Source: an uncultured Candidatus Saccharibacteria bacterium (GTDB lineage: Bacteria > Patescibacteriota > Minisyncoccia > Phycocordibacterales > XYD1-FULL-46-19). From it: a stretch of 64,000 nt of DNA. The notes below the pieces were generated by a model, which had not been told where the DNA came from, searched no databases, and saw nothing but the letters and a program-made list of their open reading frames with translations. The stretch spans positions 142,305-206,304 of the forward strand of contig CAZXCI010000001.1 of the NCBI GenBank assembly GCA_964639285.1, given 5' to 3'. The position numbers and the translations under genes were made by a program. Positions 16,128-27,161 of this stretch are shown in pieces (position 1 is the first letter of the stretch; every line of letters starts with the position of its first letter).

Positions 16128-17732
16128 ATGAGCAAAAGTTGGTTTATCAAATATCCTTTTGTTGTGTTTCTTTTTGTCGTTTTCTTCTTCCCTCTCTTCT
16201 CCCAAGCTTCCTCTTTCATCTCTACTGGTCTTCCCTGTAATGTCGACATCATCCCCGATGACAGCAATCGTTCCACTCTCGTCTATTGTCCCATCTGTCG
16301 AGACGAAGGCACCACCAAACTTAAATTAAAATGGGAGATAAATGACAGAAGTTTTACCAAACCTTTCTGTCAGGTTTCTTGTTCAAAAAGCGACGGCAAA
16401 AGTTGTGGTCTTTGGCATAGTAAAAACAAAGAGGGGATACTCAGTTCTGTTAACACTGACACCAGACTCAAACCCACCGATACCGTTTATCTAAGCAATG
16501 ACCAGCTTCCTCGTACCAGTACTTATAAATATCGGGTCGTCTGTCTGAGCACAGATGGATGCCCTAGTGGAGGGTGTTTCTCTACCAGCGCCTTGATTAC
16601 GGTATCTCCGGATTGTAGAGTACCGTGTGAAGTGCCGTTTGAGACGATTGCCACTGAGTTAGATGGCGAAGAGTGGAGTCTCAGCCGTTTTTTTAGAATT
16701 ACGATAACAGAAAAAGATCTCGCTAGTTGGGCCAATGACAAAACGGATCAAGATTCGCCTCTTAATATTGGTTCTGGCAATCAAGATGAGATTATCTCTT
16801 ATCTGATACAAACTCAAAATGGCTCCTATTCTCCAAAGAGTTCTTTGGTCAAGAACAAAGAGACTGGGCCAACTTGTCCTGTCGGAAGAAGTGTCTACTT
16901 CAATTCAGAGATTCGATATTTAGACCATCTTGATTCAATATTTTTCTCTCAGAAACTTAAATCTTACGTTAATGATTATGGCTATCCGATACAATTAAAG
17001 GTCAGAAATAAGGACTGGGAAGTCTTTGCTTATGATGAATCTGAAAGTTTAGGTGAAGTGGCACATGCTGTTATTGTTATATTTATGGAGGATCTTACCG
17101 AAGACAATATGGAACCCTATTTTAATTTAAAAATTCTTGATCCGAATGTGCCTGAAGAAATTATCAGTCTCAAAAATTGTAAACCAGCTTATCTCTATAT
17201 CTCTTCGTCAGGGTATGAGACACATGAATTTGGGGGCTTTGGTTGCACTCCCGATAATGATTGGTATGGAGAAACGTTTTATGGAGAAGAAATTTTTGTC
17301 TATTCTAATACTTCATCTTGGGGTTCGGAGCCTAGCCTTACTTGGATTGACAAATACCATGAGTTCAAGACCAGTCTGTGTTATAGTGGGTCAGCTCAAT
17401 TTTATACAGACTTTTGCCAGAGGGGGAGACTGACTGATTGGTTAAAAAATAATTTAACTAAACTCCAAAATCCTAGTGATGGGGGAGGTAATTGTTACGC
17501 TTGGACCATGTTTATGCTAAAGGTCGCTTATTTTGGCGACTTTGTTGGTACTGACTACCATCCCAACGATGGTAAATATGTCGGGGTTGACTGCGATGCT
17601 AACCATTATCCCATTACTAAAAAAACCAGCTTTCTCCCCGCCACACCTTGGGCTCTCTTAAGGTCTGGCGAGGGGAAGGAGGGTTGGATGGCGAACATCC
17701 TTGGACCGTTGGAAAATTTTAAGTTTAGGTAG
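16128..17732 (+). CDS. secreted Cys-rich hypothetical protein, possible papain-like fold
   Basis: Signal peptide, many Cys, HAV / DPN / GNCY motifs. Confidence 0.75.
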   Translation: MSKSWFIKYPFVVFLFVVFFFPLFSQASSFISTGLPCNVDIIPDDSNRSTLVYCPICRDEGTTKLKLKWEINDRSFTKPFCQVSCSKSDGKSCGLWHSKNKEGILSSVNTDTRLKPTDTVYLSNDQLPRTSTYKYRVVCLSTDGCPSGGCFSTSALITVSPDCRVPCEVPFETIATELDGEEWSLSRFFRITITEKDLASWANDKTDQDSPLNIGSGNQDEIISYLIQTQNGSYSPKSSLVKNKETGPTCPVGRSVYFNSEIRYLDHLDSIFFSQKLKSYVNDYGYPIQLKVRNKDWEVFAYDESESLGEVAHAVIVIFMEDLTEDNMEPYFNLKILDPNVPEEIISLKNCKPAYLYISSSGYETHEFGGFGCTPDNDWYGETFYGEEIFVYSNTSSWGSEPSLTWIDKYHEFKTSLCYSGSAQFYTDFCQRGRLTDWLKNNLTKLQNPSDGGGNCYAWTMFMLKVAYFGDFVGTDYHPNDGKYVGVDCDANHYPITKKTSFLPATPWALLRSGEGKEGWMANILGPLENFKFR

Positions 17733-17921
17733 AAAGGGGAAAAGTCGGGTTTAGCTTTTGCTTTCTAGGGTGACTTATGTTATATTTGTGACGCTAGTGT
17801 TCTCCATCGCTTCCATCTTTTAGTAACTTAGTTGACCGGCGTTTGGTCCTAAGAGGCGAGATGACCAAGTGATCGTGAGCCACGGTCGTCAAGCCAATTA
17901 AATTTTAATCTAAGTACGTTA

Positions 17922-18191
17922 ATGAATAATAAGTTGTTTGTCGGTAGCTTGCCTTGGGCGCTTACTGATCAAGAGTTAGGCAATCATTTTGCCTCTGCTG
18001 GTCAAGTTCTCTCGGCTAAGATCATCATCGACAAGGCGTCTGGTCGCTCCAAGGGCTTCGGTTTTGTGGAGATGTCTACGCCGGAGGAAGCGCAAAACGC
18101 TATCTCTACCTTAAATGGTTCTGACCTTGGTGGTCGCTCAATCAGTGTTGATTTTGCTAAGCCAATGGAGCCTCGCGATAATCGCAACTAG
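17922..18191 (+). CDS. RRM RNA-binding protein
   Basis: RNP2 LFVGSL, RNP1 KGFGFVEM. Confidence 0.95.
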   Translation: MNNKLFVGSLPWALTDQELGNHFASAGQVLSAKIIIDKASGRSKGFGFVEMSTPEEAQNAISTLNGSDLGGRSISVDFAKPMEPRDNRN

Positions 18192-18210
18192 GTTCTCTTG
18201 AGAACAAAAA

Positions 18211-18233
18211 AGACCCGACGCCGGGCCTTTTTT
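18211..18233 (+). terminator. intrinsic terminator
   Basis: acccg-acgc-cgggc hairpin with A-run before and T-run after. Confidence 0.6.
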
Positions 18234-18277
18234 GTTTTTGTTTGCCTTTTTGCCTTCAATCGTTATACTGTAATAAT

Positions 18278-18832
18278 ATGATAGAAGAAGAGAAAAATCT
18301 TGCCCGACGCTTGTTTATTGCCCTCCCAGTGGAAGGATCTCTGAGGAGTGATGCTCTCACTTGGCAGGCTGACCATGTCGCTTGGCCGGTATCTTGGCTC
18401 TCAGGGGAGAGTTTCCATATTACCGTTGTTGCTCCCTGGCTGGAGACTGATGTTGACTTGATTATTAGGAAATTAGATGAATTCGCTAGTAAACCTCGCA
18501 ACACTTTCTTCATTGATTTTAATAAGGTAGTTTTTGGTCCTAACCGTCAAACGCCTCGACTTGTCTGGGCTGAGGGTAACCCACCTCAATCTCTGCTCAA
18601 ACTTAAAGATGATATCGAGGTAACTCTCAATCGGCCTGACCCCCGTTTCTATCGTTTGCACTTAACTCTAGCTCGCTTCAAAGCGCCAGATTTTGGTCCA
18701 ACTTTGCCGAACCTCTATGACCGAGTAGATTGGGGCGGGGAGATTAAAGGTTTTACCTTGATCGAATCGACCATGACTCCCGACGGTCCCACTTATACCA
18801 AAATCAAAGATTTTTCTTTTGCCGGCTTATAA
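18278..18832 (+). CDS. thpR: RNA 2',3'-cyclic phosphodiesterase (2H family)
   Basis: RLFIAL, HIT and HLT motifs; start moved to ATG 18278. Confidence 0.88.
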   Translation: MIEEEKNLARRLFIALPVEGSLRSDALTWQADHVAWPVSWLSGESFHITVVAPWLETDVDLIIRKLDEFASKPRNTFFIDFNKVVFGPNRQTPRLVWAEGNPPQSLLKLKDDIEVTLNRPDPRFYRLHLTLARFKAPDFGPTLPNLYDRVDWGGEIKGFTLIESTMTPDGPTYTKIKDFSFAGL

Positions 18833-18839
18833 TTAACCT

Positions 18840-19511
18840 ATGACTCTCTATCTCATTGGTACACCAATTGGTAATTTGGGCGACATCACGCCAAGGGCGA
18901 TTGAGATGATGAAGGCGGTGCCGGTTTTGGCCGTGGAGAAATGGACTGACACGGTTAAATTACTAAAACATCTTGAAGTGGGAGAGAAGAAAATCCTAAA
19001 TTATGATGACAAGAATAGTCGAAGGATGACACCGAAGATTTTAGAGATGTTAAAGTCCGAAGATGTCGCCCTTGTTACTTCGGCCGGGATGCCGGGTGTC
19101 TCGGATCCGGGTGCTTACCTGGTGGAGCAAGCGCGGGAAGCGGGGAATGATATTGTCCCGATTCCTGGGCCGTCGGCACTCTCGACGGCGATTGCTGTCT
19201 CGGGCTTTGCTGGCTCATTTTGGTTTGTTGAATTTTTACCTCGAACGCGAGGCAAGATTGTAAAACTCTTGAAGCAGGCCGAAGAACTAGAGACTAATTT
19301 AGTTTGTTTCGAATCAACTCATCGAATTGAGAAAACTCTAAAATTGTTGGAAGAACTTTATCCGACTACTGAGATTTTCTTAGGCAAAGAGATGACCAAG
19401 AAATTCGAGCAATATCTGGTAGGGACAGCTGAAATTTTTCTTCGAAAGATGAAGGAAGATAAACACTTTACTAAGGGTGAATTTACTTTAATTATCCACT
19501 TTGGCAAATAA
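18840..19511 (+). CDS. rsmI: 16S rRNA C1402 2'-O-methyltransferase
   Basis: TPIGNLGDIT, AGMPGVSDPG, EMTKKFE, KGEF. Confidence 0.93.
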   Translation: MTLYLIGTPIGNLGDITPRAIEMMKAVPVLAVEKWTDTVKLLKHLEVGEKKILNYDDKNSRRMTPKILEMLKSEDVALVTSAGMPGVSDPGAYLVEQAREAGNDIVPIPGPSALSTAIAVSGFAGSFWFVEFLPRTRGKIVKLLKQAEELETNLVCFESTHRIEKTLKLLEELYPTTEIFLGKEMTKKFEQYLVGTAEIFLRKMKEDKHFTKGEFTLIIHFGK

Positions 19512-19538
19512 GAGTTAATTTGTTAAAATAAACCTATT

Positions 19539-19937
19539 ATGAAGAAAAAAGCATTAATTATTATCGCTGTTCTTATTCTCATTATTATTGTTGGGGGCGT
19601 TTATTATTGGACTATGCCTAAGACCAAGGGAGATGTTTCTTCGGCTGAGGTTGAAGCCGTGCTCTCTAAGCTTGGAGCTCACATGATCCTCCCGTCCGGG
19701 GAAGTTCCTCAGGTTGGCCGAATTGATGATCCCGTTGGTGCTGCTAAGGCTCAACCTTTTGTCTCGGGGTCGGTTGAGGGAGACCTTCTTATTATTTATG
19801 CTAAAGCGGCTAAAGCTATTGTCTACAGTCCAAGTCGAGATATAATTGTTAATGTTGGCCCGGTTTCTATGAACCCTGAGGCTTCTTCTGATCCGGCTGA
19901 AGTTTCGGCAACCTCGACAGAAGAGGGCTCCAACTAG
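19539..19937 (+). CDS. membrane-anchored hypothetical protein
   Basis: N-terminal TM; LP..E.P, GDLLIIY, KAIVY.P. Confidence 0.8.
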   Translation: MKKKALIIIAVLILIIIVGGVYYWTMPKTKGDVSSAEVEAVLSKLGAHMILPSGEVPQVGRIDDPVGAAKAQPFVSGSVEGDLLIIYAKAAKAIVYSPSRDIIVNVGPVSMNPEASSDPAEVSATSTEEGSN

Positions 19938-19998
19938 AGGGGTCCCTTGCTAAGTTGTGGGTTGAGAAAAGCTTTGTTTTGTGTTAAAGTCTTCAAAT

Positions 19999-20667
19999 AT
20001 GAAGCCTCGCTATTTGATTTTAATTCTCATCATTGTTTTCTTCGCTGAGTCCTTTTTGGTTGTGCCTGAAGTTTGGGGTCCAGGAAAGCGATTTTTGGCG
20101 GCGGTCTTGCCGGCCCTAATTGTGGATTATACAAATATCGACCGAAGAGCTGACCAGAAGGGGCCTCTCAATGTCAATCCTCTGCTAACAAAAGCGGCCG
20201 AGCTTAAGGCTCTCGATATGGCCACACGGTCTTATTTTTCCCACCAAGGTCCTAAGGGCGAGACCCCCTGGAGTTGGTTTGATAAAGTTGGCTATAAGTA
20301 TGTCTATGCCGGAGAAAACCTCGCCCTCAATTTTTATGAGTCAAGTGAGGTCAATCAGGCCTGGATGAATTCGCCGAAGCATCGGGAAAATATTTTGGAT
20401 AAAAATTTCACAGATATCGGGATCGGTATGGCCCTGGGCAAATTTGAGGGTCGGGATAGCGTTTTCATTGTTCAATTTTTTGGCAGTACCCAGGAGTCAT
20501 TAACGAAACAGGCAAAAATGTCTCAAACTTTACCTCGTTTCAAACATACCAGTCTTGTCTCGGCCGCGGTTGGTTTATCTGACGGCGTCTTAATTAAGTT
20601 GAGATCAATCTCTTTGCCAGTTATTCACTTTTTTGGTTACCCGACAATTAACGGTCAAATTATTTAA
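19999..20667 (+). CDS. CAP/SCP domain protein
   Basis: YFSH, AGENLA, WMNSPKHRENIL, VQFFG. Confidence 0.92.
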   Translation: MKPRYLILILIIVFFAESFLVVPEVWGPGKRFLAAVLPALIVDYTNIDRRADQKGPLNVNPLLTKAAELKALDMATRSYFSHQGPKGETPWSWFDKVGYKYVYAGENLALNFYESSEVNQAWMNSPKHRENILDKNFTDIGIGMALGKFEGRDSVFIVQFFGSTQESLTKQAKMSQTLPRFKHTSLVSAAVGLSDGVLIKLRSISLPVIHFFGYPTINGQII

Positions 20668-20670
20668 GTT

Positions 20671-21744
20671 ATGCTTCTTCGTTTTGGTCGACGAGCGAGT
20701 AAGATTGGGGTTTATCTTTTTGCTTTCATCGGCTTCGTTTTAGTTGTTGGTTGGTTTGGGCTTCGCTTTGGTCTGACGAAGACGGCGGGTAGGGTCGATT
20801 TTAATGACCGTTATTTTAAAGATGTTGCTGAACAGATTCGTCTTGTCGATCTCTCGGCTCCTTCAGCTAAGACGATTTTTTCTAATAACTGTCAGTTACT
20901 GGTGATTAATCGCCTTAACGCTCCGTTAGGGAGGAGCCTTCTAAACGTTTATAATGCGAGTCGTTCTGAGAAAGTTTTGGCCAAAGCCCTCTTAGCTTCG
21001 GATATTTTTCTAAAAGATAATCCTGCCTACAAAAATGGGCTTAAGTCTTGCAACGAGTTCTCTAGTAGCCTGGGCGGGGGGTCTTCTTCTGATCACTCTT
21101 ATTCTTGGCTCTCGACACCCGATTGGCAAGTCTTGAGGGTGGCTATTGCCAAGGACAAAGATCACATCAATAAGGCGGCAAAGGTCTCGGGGATTAACCC
21201 GCGATTGATCGTAGGGGTGTTGGTAGGGGAACAATTACGTCTTTATAATTCTGAGAGAGAAGTTTATAAACAAATTTTTCAACCATTAAAAATTCTTGGG
21301 GTTCAGAGTCAATTCTCCTGGGGGGTGACGGGTCTTAAGGAAGAGACAGCGGTTCAGATTGAGGATAATTTACGGGACAGGAAGTCTCCTTTTTATCTTG
21401 GTCAAGAGAAAGAAAATCTTCTCGATTTTAACACTGACAACCCTTCATCTGAGCGCTTTATGAGACTAACTGATAGTCACAATCATTATTATTCCTACCT
21501 CTATACTGGACTTTACCTCAAGCAACTTATTACCGAATGGCAAAAAGCCGGTTATAATATAGAAAACCGCCCGGAGATTTTGGCCACTCTCTTTAATCTC
21601 GGTTTTGCTAAGTCGAACCCTAAGCCCGACCCTAAGGTTGGTGGCGCCGAAATTGAGATTGGAGGTGAAGTTTATAGTTTTGGGAGCCTGGCTTATCAGT
21701 TCTATTATTCGGGAGAGTTAATCGAAGAATTTAATTGGCAATAA
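20671..21744 (+). CDS. membrane-anchored protein, possible lysozyme-like fold
   Basis: TM; I.KAAK..GINPRLIVGVLVGEQ and ATLFNLG resemble lysozyme-superfamily motifs. Confidence 0.6.
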   Translation: MLLRFGRRASKIGVYLFAFIGFVLVVGWFGLRFGLTKTAGRVDFNDRYFKDVAEQIRLVDLSAPSAKTIFSNNCQLLVINRLNAPLGRSLLNVYNASRSEKVLAKALLASDIFLKDNPAYKNGLKSCNEFSSSLGGGSSSDHSYSWLSTPDWQVLRVAIAKDKDHINKAAKVSGINPRLIVGVLVGEQLRLYNSEREVYKQIFQPLKILGVQSQFSWGVTGLKEETAVQIEDNLRDRKSPFYLGQEKENLLDFNTDNPSSERFMRLTDSHNHYYSYLYTGLYLKQLITEWQKAGYNIENRPEILATLFNLGFAKSNPKPDPKVGGAEIEIGGEVYSFGSLAYQFYYSGELIEEFNWQ

Positions 21745-21753
21745 AATAATAAT

Positions 21754-22263
21754 ATGGTTTTAACTCCTCATGCTGTCGTCGGTGCTGCTCTTGCTTCAGC
21801 CTTTGGGCTTGGTCCTGGGGGCGCTCTGGTTGCCGGTTTTGTCAGCCACTTCTTGTTGGATAGTCTTCCGCACTGGGATTACAAATTAAGTTCGGCAAAT
21901 ATCGACGAGGAGAATCCTTTTAATGACGATATCCCCATAAGTCGAAAATCTCTCCGCGATTGGGCGAAGATTGGTTTGGACTTGGCTCTTGGGCTAGGCC
22001 TTATCTTCCTCTTCTTTTCTCTGAACGGGCAAGGTGTCAGAGTTGTCAGTCTGTTGGCAGGGGCGCTAGGCGGTCTTTTGCCCGATGGATTGCAGATTCT
22101 CTTTATGAAATTACGTCGCGAACCACTAAAAACTTTTTTTCGTTTTCATCTTTTTATGCACTCACCTCGACGGATTAGAGACACTCTTTGGGGCCCTTTT
22201 TGGCAAGGGATAATTCTTCTGCTCGCACTTATACTCGGGAATTGGAGCTTCTTTATTTGGTAA
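21754..22263 (+). CDS. membrane protein, putative metal-dependent hydrolase
   Basis: TPH, SHFLLDSLPH, LPD, FH...H motifs. Confidence 0.7.
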   Translation: MVLTPHAVVGAALASAFGLGPGGALVAGFVSHFLLDSLPHWDYKLSSANIDEENPFNDDIPISRKSLRDWAKIGLDLALGLGLIFLFFSLNGQGVRVVSLLAGALGGLLPDGLQILFMKLRREPLKTFFRFHLFMHSPRRIRDTLWGPFWQGIILLLALILGNWSFFIW

Positions 22264-22825
22264 TAAAGGTATCTACTTTACCTATAAGACCAGTAGCGTC
22301 ACCTTCGATTCCGGTAACCTCACCTTCTAAGCCGGAGACTTCACCGGTAATACTAGTGACATTGCCGCGTATTCTAGATGTATCGCCAATTAGGTTTGTC
22401 ACGTTGCCAGAGATCTCAGTGACGTCACCTTGGATACTTGAGACATCGCCAATTAGGTCGCTAACATTTCCTTTGATCTTGCTAACATCACCACGGATAT
22501 TGGAGACATCACCACGGATATTGGAGATATCACCATAGAGTCCAGAAATGTCTCCGCTGACATTTGTTGTGTCTCCTGTGAGGTGGGTAACGTTGCCACG
22601 GATATTGGAGACATCACCACGGATATCACTGACTGTTCCAAAAATGCCACTAATGTTCCCGCTGATATGGCTTGGGTTGCCGATAATCTGGTGGAGAGTG
22701 ACATCGCCATAGATCTTAGATACGTCACCGCGGAGCTTGGAGAAATCTCCCCAGATAGCCTCGTGAACATTCTCGACATTATCGGTATTCTCTTTAATTT
22801 TTGGATTAACTCTTTGTAGGGCCAT
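22253..22825 (-). CDS. 7-residue repeat (G-D/N-V/I-S/T-x-I/L-x) beta-solenoid-like protein
   Basis: About 23 consecutive heptads; leaderless-like start after a TAnnnT box. Confidence 0.8.
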   Translation of the reverse strand: MALQRVNPKIKENTDNVENVHEAIWGDFSKLRGDVSKIYGDVTLHQIIGNPSHISGNISGIFGTVSDIRGDVSNIRGNVTHLTGDTTNVSGDISGLYGDISNIRGDVSNIRGDVSKIKGNVSDLIGDVSSIQGDVTEISGNVTNLIGDTSRIRGNVTSITGEVSGLEGEVTGIEGDATGLIGKVDTFITK

Positions 22826-22851
22826 GATTATAATGATATTATCTAGTAATT

Positions 22852-23625
22852 ATGACCATTATAGCATCAATTATCCTAGGAATAGTAGAGGGGGTGACTG
22901 AGTTCCTACCTATTTCATCCACCGGACACCTGACTTTAACAGTTGACCTTTTGGGTATTGCTCAGACGGAATTTGTGAAGAGTTTTGAAGTGATCATCCA
23001 GCTGGGGGCAATTTTGGCTGTTGTTGCTCTCTATTGGCAGAAACTTTTGACCAACACTGCTGTCCTTAAACGAGTTATCGTTGCCTTTTTGCCGACAGCG
23101 ATCTTGGGTTTGACCTTCTATAAAGTGATCAAGACTTATCTCTTGGGCAATAGCCTTGTTGTTCTTATCTCCTTGTTTGTTGGCGGTTTAATTTTGATTC
23201 TCTTTGAACTTTTCTACCAAGAGAAGGACGATGACAAAGTTGACCTCGAACAAATATCTTATCCACAGGCCATTGCCCTTGGCCTTTGTCAGTCAATAGC
23301 CATGATCCCCGGTGTTTCTCGTTCGGCGGCAACGATTGTTGGGGGCTTGGCTTTGAGGATTAGACGAGAGACTATTGTTGAATTTTCTTTTTTGTTGGCG
23401 GTACCGACCATGGCAGCGGCGACCGGTTTAGACATCCTTAAGAGCTCTTTTGGTTTTTCTGCGGGGGAGTGGGGCTTGCTGACTTTGGGCTTCTTTGTTT
23501 CTTTTCTTTCTGCTCTGTTGGCTATTAAATCATTCTTAAATTATGTCCGCCATCACGATTTTATTGCCTTTGGCCTCTACCGAATTGTTATTGCCCTCGT
23601 TTTTCTCTCTATTTTCTTTGTGTGA
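22852..23625 (+). CDS. uppP: undecaprenyl-diphosphatase
   Basis: EGVTEFLPISSTGH, PGVSRS. Confidence 0.96.
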   Translation: MTIIASIILGIVEGVTEFLPISSTGHLTLTVDLLGIAQTEFVKSFEVIIQLGAILAVVALYWQKLLTNTAVLKRVIVAFLPTAILGLTFYKVIKTYLLGNSLVVLISLFVGGLILILFELFYQEKDDDKVDLEQISYPQAIALGLCQSIAMIPGVSRSAATIVGGLALRIRRETIVEFSFLLAVPTMAAATGLDILKSSFGFSAGEWGLLTLGFFVSFLSALLAIKSFLNYVRHHDFIAFGLYRIVIALVFLSIFFV

Positions 23626-23638
23626 TAGAATATAAACT

Positions 23639-24385
23639 ATGTATAAGATTGTCTTGCTTCGCCATGGTGAAAGTGTCTGGAATAAGGAAAATCGTTTTAC
23701 CGGCTGGGTTGATGTTGACCTTTCCGAATTAGGCGAAAAAGAGGCCCATGAGGCGGGGAAAATACTAAAAGAGAAGGGTTTTCGTTTTGACCTAGCCTTT
23801 TCCTCTTTTCTTAAAAGAGCAAATAAGACTCTTGATATCGTCTTGTTAGAGATGGGAGAGGAGGGGATAGAAATTAAAAAATCATGGAAATTGAATGAGC
23901 GACATTACGGCGCCCTGCAGGGTCTCAGTAAGTCAGAGACGGCGGCTAAGTATGGCGAAGAACAAGTACAAGCCTGGCGCCGGGGTTATGATGTCGCTAT
24001 CCCGCCACTCACTAAAGATGATGGAATGTATCCAGGTAGAGATCCGCTCTATGCTGACTTAAGTGAAGTCGAAATTCCTCGGTCAGAGAATTTGAAAGAT
24101 GTGGTTGCACGAGTTGTTCCATATTGGCAAGAAGAGATCTTGCCAGAGATAAAAAAGGGCCGACAAATTATTGTCTCAGCTTCGGGTAATAGTCTGCGCG
24201 CTTTAATAAAATATTTAGATAATATTTCTGACGAAGAGATTGTTGAATTAAATATTCCAACGGGAATTCCTTTGGTTTATGAGTTAGACGAGAATCTTGA
24301 GCCTACCAAGCATTATTTCCTCGCTGATGAAGCGATCCTTCAATCGGCCTTGTCCAAAGTCGCCAACCAAGGCAAAAAAAGCTGA
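23639..24385 (+). CDS. gpmA: 2,3-BPG-dependent phosphoglycerate mutase
   Basis: [20 protein letters not shown]; usual AHGNSLR reads ASGNSLR. Confidence 0.93.
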   Translation: MYKIVLLRHGESVWNKENRFTGWVDVDLSELGEKEAHEAGKILKEKGFRFDLAFSSFLKRANKTLDIVLLEMGEEGIEIKKSWKLNERHYGALQGLSKSETAAKYGEEQVQAWRRGYDVAIPPLTKDDGMYPGRDPLYADLSEVEIPRSENLKDVVARVVPYWQEEILPEIKKGRQIIVSASGNSLRALIKYLDNISDEEIVELNIPTGIPLVYELDENLEPTKHYFLADEAILQSALSKVANQGKKS

Positions 24386-24416
24386 TCCCTACAAAATTGT
24401 GGATTAAATACTCAAA

Positions 24417-24452
24417 AACCCTTATTGTGCGATATCCAATCTCGCACAAGGG
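24417..24452. repeat. palindromic element TGTGCGATATCCAATCTCGCACA (possible bidirectional terminator)
   Basis: Between convergent gpmA and eno; related inverted and interrupted copy at 44377-44436. Confidence 0.65.
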
Positions 24453-24469
24453 AAAATGAGTTTAGAGGT

Positions 24470-25780
<1,311 letters not shown>

Positions 25781-25838
25781 TTAACTGATTTGCTGAATAA
25801 GAACAAATAAGCTACAATTAAGGGGTTAGAGTTCTAAA

Positions 25839-26702
25839 ATGCTTGATCTTGCTCACTTAATTTCAATTAGGGAAATTTTTGACCTTCTGTTTGTCGCTGG
25901 GGGAATTTATTTTATCCTCTTCTTTATTAAGCAATCACGGTCTTATGTCTTGGCTTACTCGGTTGGGACACTAACCTTCTTTGTTTTTTTAATTCAGTTT
26001 TTTAAACTAAATTTGGCCCAGCAACTTCTTCAGATTCTCGGACCTCTTATCTTGTTTATTTTTGTTGTTGTTTTTCAGCGAGAATTAAGGCAATTTTTTG
26101 ATTGGATTTTTGTTTCAACTCGTCGTCTTACTTTTACTAATCGGCATATTTTGTCTGAAGATTCCTCCTTTGTCATTACGAAGACAATTCAGGAGTTGGC
26201 CGAAAAAAAGATCGGAGCTCTAGTCGTCTTTCCTGGAGAACTTCCTCTCGAGGGAGTAGTGGAGGGGGGGTTTGTTCTCGATGGTCGGATTTCTGGGCCA
26301 CTTGTTCTTTCTCTCTTTGATCAATCTAGCCCCGGTCATGACGGAGCCATGATTATTGATAATAATCGGATTAAGAAATTTGGAGCACACCTACCTTTGG
26401 CAGAAAATTATTCTAGTTTTCAAAAAACAGGGACAAGACACCGAGCCGCAGCTGGAGTGACAGAGAAGTCAGACTCGTTGGCAGTTGTTGTCTCCGAAGA
26501 AAGAGGAGAAATTTCTATCGCTGAACATGGAAAATTAGAAAAAATCGTTGAGCTTCACGTCTTAGAAGACCGGATTAGCAAATTTATTAGTCAGACTAAG
26601 AAACAAGAATTAAGTTTTTTCTGGCAAGTGTTCTTAATTCAAAATTTAAGACTAAAGGTTTTGGCCCTAGTCTTAGCCGTTGTTCTTTGGCAGATTGTTT
26701 GA
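25839..26702 (+). CDS. cdaA: membrane diadenylate cyclase (CdaA/DacA type)
   Basis: Three N-terminal TMs, FQRELR, HDGA and GTRHRAA motifs, VVSEE. Confidence 0.9.
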   Translation: MLDLAHLISIREIFDLLFVAGGIYFILFFIKQSRSYVLAYSVGTLTFFVFLIQFFKLNLAQQLLQILGPLILFIFVVVFQRELRQFFDWIFVSTRRLTFTNRHILSEDSSFVITKTIQELAEKKIGALVVFPGELPLEGVVEGGFVLDGRISGPLVLSLFDQSSPGHDGAMIIDNNRIKKFGAHLPLAENYSSFQKTGTRHRAAAGVTEKSDSLAVVVSEERGEISIAEHGKLEKIVELHVLEDRISKFISQTKKQELSFFWQVFLIQNLRLKVLALVLAVVLWQIV

Positions 26703-26798
26703 ATCGTTCCTTAAGACCCATTTGGTAATTTGTTACATATGCTATAATAGAGTTATAAAAGGCTCTCATTATCAGCTTAGCTTTTAACTAAAACTATT

Positions 26799-27161
26799 AT
26801 GAGAACTACTATTAAAGGGACGGGAATCGAGCTAACTACGGCTCTGACAAATTATGTCGACGAGAAGTTCGCGATGCTTGATAAATTAGTTGCCAACTTT
26901 GGTGATGTCTTGGCCGTCGTAGAAATTGGCAAAGAGACCACTCATCACAAAACTGGCAATCTATTTTTTGCCGAAGTAAATTTAAATTTTGACGGTAATG
27001 TCTTACGTAATGTTGTTGAAGAAGCTGATCTTTATGCGGCGATCGATAAGGTCAAGGATGGCTTAGCTGAGGAATTGCGTCGTTACGAGAAGAAGAAAAA
27101 ATCGCTCTTTCTTCGTGGAGCTCGAGCGATTAAAGATATCTTTATTCGAGAAGGCAAATAA
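26799..27161 (+). CDS. hpf: ribosome hibernation factor (HPF/RaiA)
   Basis: IELTTALTNYVDEK, DLYAAID. Confidence 0.9.
   Translation: MRTTIKGTGIELTTALTNYVDEKFAMLDKLVANFGDVLAVVEIGKETTHHKTGNLFFAEVNLNFDGNVLRNVVEEADLYAAIDKVKDGLAEELRRYEKKKKSLFLRGARAIKDIFIREGK

Noticed and set aside
22188-22819. Overlapping repeat ORFs on other frames and strand
   Set aside because: By-products of the 21-bp periodicity of 22253..22825.
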